A stretch of 64,000 bases of DNA from Ferruginibacter sp. (lineage in GTDB: Bacteria > Bacteroidota > Bacteroidia > Chitinophagales > Chitinophagaceae). Both the position numbers and the translations under genes were made by a program. This document shows, one piece after another, positions 47,908 to 58,800 of this stretch (its first letter is position 1; every line of letters starts with the position of its first letter). Location: contig JANXTG010000004.1 of assembly GCA_025352525.1 (NCBI GenBank), positions 7,471-71,470 on the forward strand. The letters are read 5' to 3'. The notes beneath the pieces are model-generated. The model did not search any database and was not told the origin of the DNA. It saw only the letters and a program-made list of their open reading frames with translations.

Positions 47908-48750
47908 ATGGAAAAGAATATGATTAAAACAGGAGATTATAATTTGCTAAAAGTATTACGAAAAGTAGATTTTGGTGTATATCTAGATGATGGCGAAGAT
48001 GGTATTTTACTGCCTAAAAGATTTGTACCTGAAGGGTTACAAGAAGGTGATGAATTAAAGGTATTTGTATATCATGACGGAGAAGAAAGATTAATTGCGA
48101 CAACTCAAAAACCTTTAGGCGTTGTTGATGATTTTGTTAAACTAAAAACTGTATCAGTTACTGAACAAGGTGCTTTTATGGATTGGGGGTTAATGAAAGA
48201 TTTATTTGTACCAAAAAGCCAGCAAATAACAGGTATGCGTCCAATGGGGGAGTACCTTGTAAAAATATACCGAGATGAACAAACCGGCCGAGCTGCTGCA
48301 ACTGAAAGAGTTGAACAGTTTTTAAGTAATGAAAATCTTTCAGTAGAAGAAACAGATGAGGTTGATTTGATTGTTTTACGGCGGACAGACATTGGTTATT
48401 TAATGATTATAAATAACCAACATACGGGTGTTTTGCATTTAAACGAAGTTTACAGAACTGTTGGTGTAGGTGATAAATTTAAAGGTTACATAAAAAAAAT
48501 ATATGCTGATAACCGAGTAGATGTTGTTGCAGGAAAAATGGGTTACCAAAGGGTTGAAGGTGAAGCCGGAAAAATTTTAAGATTATTAGAGGAAAATGAA
48601 GGATACCTACCGTATAACGATAAAAGTGATCCTGAAAACATTTATGTGTTTTTCGGAATGAGTAAAAAAACATTTAAAATGACGACAGGCAATCTGTTCA
48701 GAGAAAGAAAAATAACTTTTGAAAAAACGGGAATAAGACTGGCTCAATAA
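47908..48750 (+). CDS. CvfB-family S1 RNA-binding protein
   Basis: FGVYLD, ILLPKR, GAFMDWGLMKDLFVP, SDPENI, FGMSKKTFK. Confidence 0.9.
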   Translation: MEKNMIKTGDYNLLKVLRKVDFGVYLDDGEDGILLPKRFVPEGLQEGDELKVFVYHDGEERLIATTQKPLGVVDDFVKLKTVSVTEQGAFMDWGLMKDLFVPKSQQITGMRPMGEYLVKIYRDEQTGRAAATERVEQFLSNENLSVEETDEVDLIVLRRTDIGYLMIINNQHTGVLHLNEVYRTVGVGDKFKGYIKKIYADNRVDVVAGKMGYQRVEGEAGKILRLLEENEGYLPYNDKSDPENIYVFFGMSKKTFKMTTGNLFRERKITFEKTGIRLAQ

Positions 48751-48785
48751 TTTTTTATTTTTAAAATTTAGAAGCTCTTTTTAAG

Positions 48786-49478
48786 ATGACAGCAAATAAT
48801 AATTTTTCTTTTTTTAAGAAACTATCTTTATCAGTTTTATTAATGATCAGTCTTTTTATTGTTTGTCTCTGGGGATTATTTATTGTTGCAGACATGATTT
48901 TTGAAGATAAAAACTTCTCCTTCGATGAAAAGGTTTTTTCAATAATTAAACCCTGGGTGAGTAACACCCAGACATCTATAATGCAGGTCATTACTTTTAT
49001 TGGATCACAAAATTTTTTGTTACCTGCAAATTTATTATTGATTGGATTCTATCTTTTTTTTAAGAGAAATAAGGAAACAGCTTTTAAGATTGCTGCTGTT
49101 TCGATAAGCAGCGTTGTTGCAATGTTTTTAATAAAATTTTTTTTAAAAAGAGAACGTCCGCTATTACCATTAATTGCTAAAGTACACGGTTACAGTTTTC
49201 CAAGTGGCCATACTTTTACCAGTGTAACTTTTTATGGAATAATTGCCTATATCATTTATAAAAATGTTCATCATAAATTTTTAAAATGGGTACTTATTAT
49301 TTTATGTATTATTTTAATGGTGCTGGTAGGTTACAGCAGGGTATATTTAAGATTGCACTATGCAAGCGATGTGATAGCCGCTTTTTGCCTTGGTATAATA
49401 TGGCTTGTTCTTGCAAAATGGTTTTTTGTTAAAACTGAAAAAAACCCTCTCCCTCAGGAGTCTGACAAAATGATTTAA
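48786..49478 (+). CDS. PAP2-family membrane phosphatase
   Basis: KRERP, YSFPSGH and SRVYLRLHYASDV motifs, multiple TM helices. Confidence 0.9.
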   Translation: MTANNNFSFFKKLSLSVLLMISLFIVCLWGLFIVADMIFEDKNFSFDEKVFSIIKPWVSNTQTSIMQVITFIGSQNFLLPANLLLIGFYLFFKRNKETAFKIAAVSISSVVAMFLIKFFLKRERPLLPLIAKVHGYSFPSGHTFTSVTFYGIIAYIIYKNVHHKFLKWVLIILCIILMVLVGYSRVYLRLHYASDVIAAFCLGIIWLVLAKWFFVKTEKNPLPQESDKMI

Positions 49479-49526
49479 TTTTAAATAGCATTAAATATTA
49501 ATGTAAATATTTTAATTAGTTGCTAG

Positions 49527-50588
49527 TTATTTAAATAAACCGATTTTTTTAGAATGTAAAATTGCCTCTTCACTGTGTGCAAAATAATAAAACAACACTC
49601 CTTTTTTTTCAATACTTTTTTGTTGTAAAAGAACATGAGATTTTTCAGGAGTGCACACTCTTCTAATATAAACACAATACACATTTTGCGGAAAGTGTTC
49701 TACAATCGATTTATATATATCTATATCTTTTTGTGAATCATCACCCAACAAAATAAATTTTTGATGAGGGTACGCTTCAATAATTTTTACTATACGTGTA
49801 AATTTACCGAAATGATTATTTTGACCCGTAGCAAATAATTTTGAAAAGGTTTTAATCTGGTTTAACAAACAAATTCCATCCGGCAATTTATTTTCTTCTA
49901 AAAAATCTTTTATATAGTCATATAAATTCCACTCACTACTAGATACATAAAAGAATGCATTGTTTGAAGGTTCACTATCATCAATACCATGTAGCATTCT
50001 GTAATGCTTTACTGCTCCTTCAAATGGCTGTCTGCTTTTTGCATTTTCAGTAAGCAGTACAAACAATCTTTTTCTAAGGTTTGATGAATGAGAAATTAAA
50101 AAGGTATCATCAATATCAGATATAAAGGAAAAATCTGTTGTAGATGGCATAATTATTTTACCTGTTGTTTTTGCTTTTACAATGTTGGTGCTGTTTCTTT
50201 TAATAAGCATTGCTTCTACTTCGTATTGCCCGGGCAAAAGTTCATCATCATGTTCCCATTCAAATTTAAAAAACCCATCTGAGGCAGTTTTAGCTGTATA
50301 TATTTTATTACCCCATTGCAAAATAACAATTGCGTTTTTTATTGGGCGTACCATAAAAAGCCGCAAAAGTGCAATTGCATTATAAAGAAAAAAAGTTCTA
50401 AAATGTTTTTTTTTAATAGGCGAAAGCGACAAAGCATGGCCATATACATAGCAGGATTTATGATTTGCAAACCCATTATACAATTTGAGCGTGGCACCTT
50501 TATGCAGCCTAAAAAATCTAAAAAATTTAAATTGCATTTTTTGATAAACAGATAATTTTTCTGGTATGTATGTTGCCCCGTTGGTCAT
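49527..50588 (-). CDS. App1-family (DUF2183) phosphatidate phosphatase-like protein
   Basis: ISDIDDT (DxDxT), FYVSSSEWNLY, FILLGDDSQKD, VYIRRV. Confidence 0.88.
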   Translation of the reverse strand: MTNGATYIPEKLSVYQKMQFKFFRFFRLHKGATLKLYNGFANHKSCYVYGHALSLSPIKKKHFRTFFLYNAIALLRLFMVRPIKNAIVILQWGNKIYTAKTASDGFFKFEWEHDDELLPGQYEVEAMLIKRNSTNIVKAKTTGKIIMPSTTDFSFISDIDDTFLISHSSNLRKRLFVLLTENAKSRQPFEGAVKHYRMLHGIDDSEPSNNAFFYVSSSEWNLYDYIKDFLEENKLPDGICLLNQIKTFSKLFATGQNNHFGKFTRIVKIIEAYPHQKFILLGDDSQKDIDIYKSIVEHFPQNVYCVYIRRVCTPEKSHVLLQQKSIEKKGVLFYYFAHSEEAILHSKKIGLFK

Positions 50589-50606
50589 ATTATCTAATAA
50601 AATTAA

Positions 50607-51497
50607 TTGCAGAAAATGGTAACATTTTTATTTGTTATAAACAACAGTTCAGGAACAAACCAGCCTAACACCTGGGACAACGTAATTAATGATTTTTTTA
50701 TTGATAAAGAGCAAAGTTTCAAAATTTACAATCTTCCTGAAAGTTGTACAATATCACAAATTAAAGACCAGATAGTAAAATATAACCCTAAAAATATAAT
50801 TGCTGTAGGTGGTGACGGAACAGTAACAATGCTTGCCAATATTATTGCCAATACCAATATTGGGCTTGGTATTTTACCTGCAGGTTCTGCAAATGGCATG
50901 GCAAAAGAACTTAGAATTCCGGAAAATGCTGCAGTTGCATTAAAAATAATTAGTCAAGCTCATACAAAAAAATGTGACTTAATAAACATTAACGGAAATA
51001 AATATTGTATTCACTTAAGCGATATGGGCTTAAATGCCCACCTGATAAAACACTTTGATGAGGGCAAACTGAGGGGAAAATTAGGTTATGCAATGGTTAT
51101 TATAAAAACTTTATGGTATAAAGAAAAAATGCAGGTTATTGTAAAAACAAACAATTTAGAAGTGAGAAGAAATGCCTTTATGGTTGTAATTGCCAATGCA
51201 AGAAAATACGGAACGGGTGCAGTCATTAATCCTGAAGGAAATCTAAGCGATGGGTTATTTGAAGTAATTATTGTACGAAAATTGTCTATAAGTTCATTGA
51301 TTCAAATGCTTTTAAAACCTGGTATATTTAATCCCAAAAAAATTGAAATAATTCCATCAACTTCAGTTGAGGTTACAACGATTAGAAAGATGCATTTTCA
51401 AATAGATGGAGAATATCAGGGAAAAATAAAAAAAGTATCAGCCGAAATTTGTCCCAGTATTTTAAATATCATAGTCCCTGAATCAGCTTTTTTATAA
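50607..51497 (+). CDS. Diacylglycerol/lipid kinase family protein (YegS/DagK-like)
   Basis: VINNSSG, AVGGDGT, ILPAGSANG, IANARKYG, DGLFEV, QIDGE. Confidence 0.9.
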   Translation: MQKMVTFLFVINNSSGTNQPNTWDNVINDFFIDKEQSFKIYNLPESCTISQIKDQIVKYNPKNIIAVGGDGTVTMLANIIANTNIGLGILPAGSANGMAKELRIPENAAVALKIISQAHTKKCDLININGNKYCIHLSDMGLNAHLIKHFDEGKLRGKLGYAMVIIKTLWYKEKMQVIVKTNNLEVRRNAFMVVIANARKYGTGAVINPEGNLSDGLFEVIIVRKLSISSLIQMLLKPGIFNPKKIEIIPSTSVEVTTIRKMHFQIDGEYQGKIKKVSAEICPSILNIIVPESAFL

Positions 51498-52913
51498 TTA
51501 TTTTGTATTTATTGGTATGCTCACCCTCATTACACAACCTTTTCCTGGCGAAGATTTTATTAAAAAATTCCCCGAAAATAATTCAGTTCTTCTTTTCATA
51601 TTAGCTAGGCCTATACCTGATTTTGCATTTTCTGTATTAAATCCAATACCGTTATCTGTTATTTTTAAAACCAGCATATCATTTTCTATAAAAAAGTCCA
51701 ATGAAATTTTAGTAGCCTTGGCATATTTCATAATATTTCTAAGCTTTTCCTGAACAATTCTGTAAAGATTCAATTGTATTTCAAGACTTAAATCCTCCGC
51801 ACTTATTTTATTATCAAACTGTAATGCTATTTCATATTCTTCGGCAGCATTAAAAGTATTTAGTAAAATTTCTATGGCAACTTCAAAATTAGAATCATCA
51901 AAAAAAGCGGGTGCTAATCTGTGAGATAAGTTTCTGATTTCATTAGAAGCCATTGTTATGTACTCCTTCGTATTTTTATACCATTGTTCTGCAGTTGGTT
52001 CAATATATTTTTTCATCATACCTAAACTAATCATGCTTGTAGCCAATATCTGGCAAACATTATCATGAAGTTCTCCGCCAATTTCATAACGTTCTTCTTC
52101 CTGTGTTTTAATAATTGCTTTGGTAATTTTATGTTCATATAATTTTCTTTCTGTAACATCCACGGCAATAACAGATTTACAATTTCTATCGTTTATTAAG
52201 ATCTCAGTACTGTATACTTCAACATTAATAAGTTCTCTTGTTTTTGTTAAGTGATTAAAGCTACCTGTAAAAGTAGATTCTTCCATTTGCTTCCTATTAA
52301 TTAATGCTTCATCTAGCGTTGATTGCTCCATTACAGTTTGGATATCTGTTATAAACATTGATAAAAAATCTGCCTCAGTATAACCGTAATGAGCAATAGC
52401 TGCCTTATTGACTTGTATAAATTTTAAGGTTTCACAATCGTATAGCCACATAGGTTGTGGACTTAAATGAAATAGATTACTGTATCTTTTTTCTGATTCT
52501 TCTATTAATAAAAATGATTTTTTTCTTTCAATAGCATAAATAATACTTTTATAAAGCATGTTCGCATTAAGGTCATCTTTTAAAATGTAATCCGAAATTC
52601 CACGGGAAATTGATTGTATGCTAAAATCAATATCTGTATATCCCGTTAAAATTACAATCGGGCAATGGGGTAAAAAACCAACCATTTCGGTTACAAGTTC
52701 ATCTCCAGCTTTATCGGGTAAAGTGAGATCCATTAAAATCACATCAAAGGATTCGTTTTGATCTATTAAATACTGTTTTGCTTCCTTAAAATTATGAGCA
52801 TGCAATATATTTGGGAGGTAAATATTTTCTAATAGAAATTCTTCGACAAGTAAATAATCACCAAGATTGTCTTCTATAATTAAAATACTATACCGTTTTT
52901 TATCTTTGATCAT
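51498..52913 (-). CDS. Hybrid sensor: REC - PAS - HisKA_3-type histidine kinase
   Basis: ILIIEDN...DVILMDLTLPD receiver; SPQPMWLYD PAS; EIGGELHDNVCQ H-box; YRIVQE and DNGIGF HATPase. Confidence 0.9.
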   Translation of the reverse strand: MIKDKKRYSILIIEDNLGDYLLVEEFLLENIYLPNILHAHNFKEAKQYLIDQNESFDVILMDLTLPDKAGDELVTEMVGFLPHCPIVILTGYTDIDFSIQSISRGISDYILKDDLNANMLYKSIIYAIERKKSFLLIEESEKRYSNLFHLSPQPMWLYDCETLKFIQVNKAAIAHYGYTEADFLSMFITDIQTVMEQSTLDEALINRKQMEESTFTGSFNHLTKTRELINVEVYSTEILINDRNCKSVIAVDVTERKLYEHKITKAIIKTQEEERYEIGGELHDNVCQILATSMISLGMMKKYIEPTAEQWYKNTKEYITMASNEIRNLSHRLAPAFFDDSNFEVAIEILLNTFNAAEEYEIALQFDNKISAEDLSLEIQLNLYRIVQEKLRNIMKYAKATKISLDFFIENDMLVLKITDNGIGFNTENAKSGIGLANMKRRTELFSGNFLIKSSPGKGCVMRVSIPINTK

Positions 52914-53347
52914 TGTTTTTTATTCTTAAGAAGTTTAACGATGTTTATCCAGAAACTTTCGATGCTTGAAACTATTGTTAAAAAATTATTAACATCCAAT
53001 GGTTTTGTTATAAAGCAATTTGCATGGTTTTTATATGACAATAAAACGTCTTTATCAGAAGATGATGTTGTTAGCATAATAACAGGTATCTGTTTTAAAT
53101 TCTCGCTGGTTTTTATATATTTAAGTACTTCATGTCCGTTTTTTTTAGGTAGGTTTACGTCAAGTAAAATAAGATCTGGCGTTTCTTCATTTATATACTT
53201 TCCTTTTTTTTCCAAAAAATCGATAGCCTCTTTACCATCTTTTGACACACTTATTTTATTTACAATTTTCCCTTCTTCCAGTGCTTCCGTAATTAAAAAA
53301 ATATCTCCTTCGTTATCTTCTACCAAGAGAATGTGGATTGAATTCAT
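52910..53347 (-). CDS. Single-domain response regulator (Rcp1-like)
   Basis: ILLVEDNEGD, PDLILLDVNLPKKNGHEVL, IPVIMLTTSSS, ANCFITKP. Confidence 0.92.
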   Translation of the reverse strand: MNSIHILLVEDNEGDIFLITEALEEGKIVNKISVSKDGKEAIDFLEKKGKYINEETPDLILLDVNLPKKNGHEVLKYIKTSENLKQIPVIMLTTSSSDKDVLLSYKNHANCFITKPLDVNNFLTIVSSIESFWINIVKLLKNKKQ

Positions 53348-53744
53348 GTTTAAATAGAATTATAAAATAAATTTAAAATAAAATTGTTTTTAAATAATCT
53401 ATACTAATCAAATCAGTTAGAATATTTTTTGATATAAAATTTCTGGGTAAAAATAAAATGCACCAAAAAGCTTACTTAAACTTTTCTACATGTTAAATCC
53501 CAAAAAGATATTAGTTCTGTTTTATTTAATGTTAACGTCATACAATTGTATTTTTAGCAATACCGATGCCAGAGAAATTTCTTAATTTTTTGAGGAAAAG
53601 TTTAAATAAACAGTGAGAATTTATTATGACAATACAACAATATTTTATTAGATATTTCTTTTTAAAGTAAATTTCTGTGGGGAATTCCAAATGCACAAAT
53701 CGGGACATTTTTTGATAAAATGCTGTAAATCATAATTATGTTTT

Positions 53745-55154
53745 TTAATCTTTTAAAACCGTGAAATAAAAAATACTTCCTTTCCCGAAATTAGATTCTA
53801 CCCATATTTCCCCGCCTAAATAATCTATAACCTTTTGACAGATGGCTAGTCCTAAACCTGTGCCTGAATATTCATTTTTGTTATGGAGGCGCTGAAAAAT
53901 GACAAATATTTTTTTAAAATATTCCGGGTCGATACCAATACCATTATCTTCGACAGCAAACAACCAGTGGCTGCCAATATCTTTTGATGAGATTGAAATT
54001 TTGAGTTTATTAACCGTTTCACTATATTTTAAAGCATTGCTTATAAGATTTTGAAAAACCTGTTCTATCAGCGTACGATAGGTGTATAAAACAGGCAAAT
54101 TTGTGCATCTAATTGTTGCACCTTTTTCTTTAATCTGCCTTTGAAAAAGAATATTAATTTCAATAAAAAGATTATTTATATCAACTTTTTCTTTTGCAGA
54201 TTCAATTTTGCCGGCTCTGGAATATTCAAGTAAATCTAAAATTATACGGTGCATTCTTTGAGCGCCATCAACAGCGAAATAAATATATTGCTTTCCTTTT
54301 TCATCAAGCTTCTCATTATATTTATTTTCTATTTGTTTTAAAAAACCTGATATCATTCTCAATGGTTCCTGAAGATCATGGGAGGCTATGTAAGAAAATT
54401 GTTCCAGCTCTTCATTTTTTTGTGAAAGTTGTTTTAAAGCAATTGTTAAAGCACTTTTTTCAATCATCAGTTCACTCTGCAAATCCAATTCTTTAGTTAT
54501 TGTAGTTTGCAAACTTTTAAATAACCCCGGTATTAAAATAGTAAACAAAAAACTCACAAAAATTAAATTGGTCGAAATGGCTACCCATTCTCCTAGAGTA
54601 AAGGTTATCCTATTATTGGAGGGCAATAAATTAAAATAAATTAAGCACCCATAAATAAAACAGAATAAAAAATTTATCCAGGCAGGCCAATATCCGCTAA
54701 GCGGAAAAATAAGTATAGTGAATAAACATGCTGTAAGAAGATAAACCATTCCCGAACCTACAATACCTACATAAAACAGTAGCATGAAACTTAAAATATA
54801 TACCGTAGAAATAAAAATTATTTTTCGGATTTTTAAACCGAGCTTAGGCATAAATGCTACAAAAAAAATCGTAGCTACAACAACAAAATCTACTACAGCT
54901 ATAATGTAAAATTTAGTTGATATTATCAAAATTACACTGGGTACCAAAGCAATGAAGCACAAGGGTAATAAATAAATAAGGGTATTTGCAAAAAGATTAT
55001 TTCGCCAAAACATAACCACTTGATCTGTTTCAATTAAGTTGGTACAATTACGTTTTATTGCCGTCTTATATTTAGTCCATGTGATCATTATTTTCAGTTT
55101 ATTAAAAAGTGTAAAACAAAATTTACTTGCAGTATTCATTTCAATCAAAAGCAA
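53745..55154 (-). CDS. Membrane-bound sensor histidine kinase (Cph1/BphP-like kinase core)
   Basis: About 6 hydrophobic N-terminal helices; ELEQFSYIASHDLQEPLR H-box; NLISNALKY, DNGIGID, GTGLGLAIC. The start may be 55088. Confidence 0.9.
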   Translation of the reverse strand: MLLIEMNTASKFCFTLFNKLKIMITWTKYKTAIKRNCTNLIETDQVVMFWRNNLFANTLIYLLPLCFIALVPSVILIISTKFYIIAVVDFVVVATIFFVAFMPKLGLKIRKIIFISTVYILSFMLLFYVGIVGSGMVYLLTACLFTILIFPLSGYWPAWINFLFCFIYGCLIYFNLLPSNNRITFTLGEWVAISTNLIFVSFLFTILIPGLFKSLQTTITKELDLQSELMIEKSALTIALKQLSQKNEELEQFSYIASHDLQEPLRMISGFLKQIENKYNEKLDEKGKQYIYFAVDGAQRMHRIILDLLEYSRAGKIESAKEKVDINNLFIEINILFQRQIKEKGATIRCTNLPVLYTYRTLIEQVFQNLISNALKYSETVNKLKISISSKDIGSHWLFAVEDNGIGIDPEYFKKIFVIFQRLHNKNEYSGTGLGLAICQKVIDYLGGEIWVESNFGKGSIFYFTVLKD

Positions 55155-55373
55155 TACTTAAAACGAGTTTTAAAATCCGATTTTATGGGTATTGAAAAGC
55201 TAATATAGGTATAGGGTTTTTTGATAAAATTTAATGCTATTTTTTAAGAAAGTACAATTCAAAATATTACCAGAAACCAAGATTCTATTAAAAAAATAAA
55301 AGAGAATAAACTTGATTAATATATCTTTTATCCAACCTGATTATTTGGATTGATTTTAGGAATCATTATTTTT

Positions 55374-55637
55374 TTAATAAGCTGTGCTTTCTAAAAATTC
55401 AGCCTTTTTTAATTGATTATGTTCTGTCAAATAAAAACAAGTAGTTTTTAAATTTGTAATATTGTCTTTCTCAAAATTTACTATTTCTTTAAAGACTTTA
55501 ATATCTTTTTGCAGATTAATATTTAAAATATATGGCTCAATAAAAAAGCGAACTCCCTTATTTAGTTTACCATTTTTTTTATTTGGATTGGCAGTAATGT
55601 CCGGCATAATGCGGAATGATTGGTTAAAGACTGTCAT
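55374..55637 (-). CDS. Hypothetical 87-aa ORF, possible PAS-domain remnant
   Basis: Frame is open upstream of the ATG (KHFLISNCEYAMTVFNQSF), loosely like PAS N-terminal strands; no firm motif. Confidence 0.25.
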   Translation of the reverse strand: MTVFNQSFRIMPDITANPNKKNGKLNKGVRFFIEPYILNINLQKDIKVFKEIVNFEKDNITNLKTTCFYLTEHNQLKKAEFLESTAY

Positions 55638-55845
55638 AGCGTATTCGCAATTGGAGATTAAAAAATGTTTTTCAACGGTCGTACGGGCTATAAAAATATT
55701 GAACAGATAAGTAGCCCTTTCTTACCGGGTTCAGTTTTAAATTGAAAATAAAATTTTAAAAAATCTTTAAAAGTTTCATCCCATTTGTGTTTGTTAGTTG
55801 AAGCATATGTTCAAATAAATAACGATTAAATATAGCAAGTTGTTT

Positions 55846-58800
55846 TTAGATTTTTGGTATTGTAAAATAAAAAATAGTTCCCTCATTTTCTACAGATTCC
55901 AGCCATATTTTTCCATTCAGGTTTTCAATAATTTTTTTTGTAACTGCAAGCCCAAGCCCGGTACCTGAATAGATTTCTTTCGTGTGCAAACGTTGGAAGA
56001 TTACAAATATCTTATCAAAATATTCTTTGCTAATTCCTATTCCATTATCCTGTATTGAAAACTGCCAGTGCGTTACCATATCTACTGCAAAAATTTTTAT
56101 TAAACAAGGCCTGTTTTTTTTACAATATTTAAGCGAATTACCAATAATGTTTTGAAAAACCTGCCTCACAGGAGATTTGTACGATAATATTAACGGAAGT
56201 TCATTGAATATAATTGTAGCTTCCTGCTCTTCAATTTTGCTCTTGTACAGTAGTTTTATTTCATCAACAATTGTATTTAAATCTATATTTTCTTTCAGAT
56301 CATTAATTCTGCCAGTGGTAGAGTATTCCAACAGATCAAGTATTATTTGGCGCATTCTTTTTGCACCATCTACGGCAAAATATATATACTTTTTTCCTTT
56401 TTCATCTAATACATTTTCATACTTCAATTCAATTTGAGAGAGAAAACTGGTTATCATCCTCAAGGGTTCCTGCAAATCATGCGATGCCACATATGCAAAT
56501 TGCTCAAGTTCTTTATTAATTGCCGCCAGTTGGTAGGTTTGTGTTTGTAAACTCTGATTTAAATTAAGCAACCGTGTTTCAGATAATTTTCGTTCCGTTA
56601 TGTCTCTGATAAATGCACAGAAAAATTCATCGCCGTCCTGTTCTATAGGTAATACGGTTAATTCAATGGGGAATTCTTCTCCTGATTTTTTAATTGCAGA
56701 AAGCTGAAGAAGTTTATTTAAAGCGTGGCCCTTACCGGTTTTAAAATAATTTTCCATGCCTTTCTCATGCCTGTCTTTATATTGATCAGGAATAATTACA
56801 CTCGACAGAAGCCTGCCCATTACCTCACTTTCTTTCCATCCAAATATTGATTCAGCCTGTGGATTCCAGAAAGTAACTATTCCATTTTTATCAATACAAA
56901 TAATCCCATCTAATGCTGCTTTCATTATTAGTTCACGTCTTTCTTCACTGCTTCTTATGTTTTCTTGTGCTCTTTTTCGTTCATTTATATCCTGAAGGCT
57001 GCCGTATACTTTTAAGCATATACCGTTATTAAATTCTGCTTTTCCTATTGAACGTATCCACTTTTCTTTTCCGGTTTCGGTAATTATTACAAGCTCTTCA
57101 TCCCATCCTATTCCACTTTCAATTGCCGCAGCTATCCGAAGACTCATAATCTCCCTATTTTTACCTTTTTTATACGATTGTCTTGCTTTATGTAATGTTG
57201 GTTGAAAATCTTTCGGCGTTTCGTGAATTTGCATTGTCATTTCTGACCAATAAAGGGTACTTTTTTGAACGTCCAATTCCCAGCTTCCAATTCTTGCAAG
57301 GTTGTTGGTCTTATTTAAAACCACTTCAAGATCTTTCTTCTCAGTAATGTTTTTTCCAACCGTAAACAGTACCTCATCTTCTTTAGATAGTATGCTTGTC
57401 CAGGCAAACCATTTTACCTTACCGGATTTTGTAATGCATCGGTTCTCAAAATATAATGCAGCTTTATTTGCAAAAAGATCCTTAAATTCTTTTGTAGTTT
57501 TATTTTCATCTTCCGGGTGAACAAATGTTAGAAACGGAACCGACATCAGTTCATCTAGACAATATTCCAGTAAATCACATGCAGCGGGATTTATTTTTTT
57601 AAAATATCCATCAGTACCTAGAATAGCAATTATGTCCGGTGCAAAATTAAATATCTGGTTAAGTTCCTGTTCCAGTTGTTTTCTTTTAATTTCTGCGCCC
57701 AAATAAATCTTTAGACTACTAAATAAATTTTCGAATTTAAGAGTGGACGTTTCCGGACTGTTTAAACCAAAAACAAGCACGCCAATAATTTCTGCATTAT
57801 TTAAAAAAGGAAGTGCATATAATTTGTTTACCCCTGCAACTATTAACGCATCCTCATCCAAAACATTTTTCATGTTCATGCCTGCATCCCATGTTTGTAA
57901 ACTAAGTGATTCCCAAGCAGCACCTACTATTCCCTCACCTTTATACTGAACGTTTACTTTTGATGACTGGCTTAATATATTCCGGATTTTTGAATCCGCT
58001 ACATAATAAGTTGCTCTTTTGATCTGCTTTTTATCTGTACTTAACAACCATGATTCTACAACATTAAAATCGGCAAATGTTGCAACTTCTTTTAAAACCA
58101 TTTCAAGTGTTGTTTTAATGCCTATCGGTTCATTAAATATTATTCTTATTTTACGGAGTAATTCTTTTAATAAGTCTTCATTTTTACGTTCGGTCACATC
58201 TTTTTCAACGTAAATAAAATGTGTGTATCCACCTTTTTCATCAGCTACAGGATTCACCGTAAAATTATTCCAGAACTCATCCCCATTTTTTTTATAGTTT
58301 ACAAGAGTTACCTCGCAAACTTGCCATTTTTTTAAACATTTTTTTAAACGTTCCAATTCCGTTATATCTGTTTTAGGTCCCTGCAATACACGAAGCGTTT
58401 TCCCAATAATTTCTGCTTCGGTATAACCTGTCATTTTAGTAAATGCTTCATTAGCAAAAATAATTCGAGGCCCGTTTTCATTAAACAGTTCTGCTTCTGT
58501 AATTAACACAGCATCGTTTGTACTAGTAATAACAGAACTCATTAATTTTAAACGTTGCTCCTCTTTTTTCTGCTGAGTAATGTCCTGCATGGCACCAAAA
58601 ACCCTAACGGCATTACCATTAGCATCTCTTACAATTAAAGCCTTATTTAAAACGTATGCGTATGTAAAGTCATTTTTTAAATAACGGTGTTCAAGTGCCC
58701 AGTTTAAATTTTTACCTTCTAATGCTGCACCTGCACTTGCTAAAATATTTTCCTTTTCTTCAGGATGTAAACGGGCACGAACTTTTTCGACATCAGTTAA

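Noticed and set aside
53348-53744. Small ORFs or sRNA between the response regulator and kinase
   Set aside because: AT-rich, only ORFs under 40 codons with no motifs or stable hairpins.
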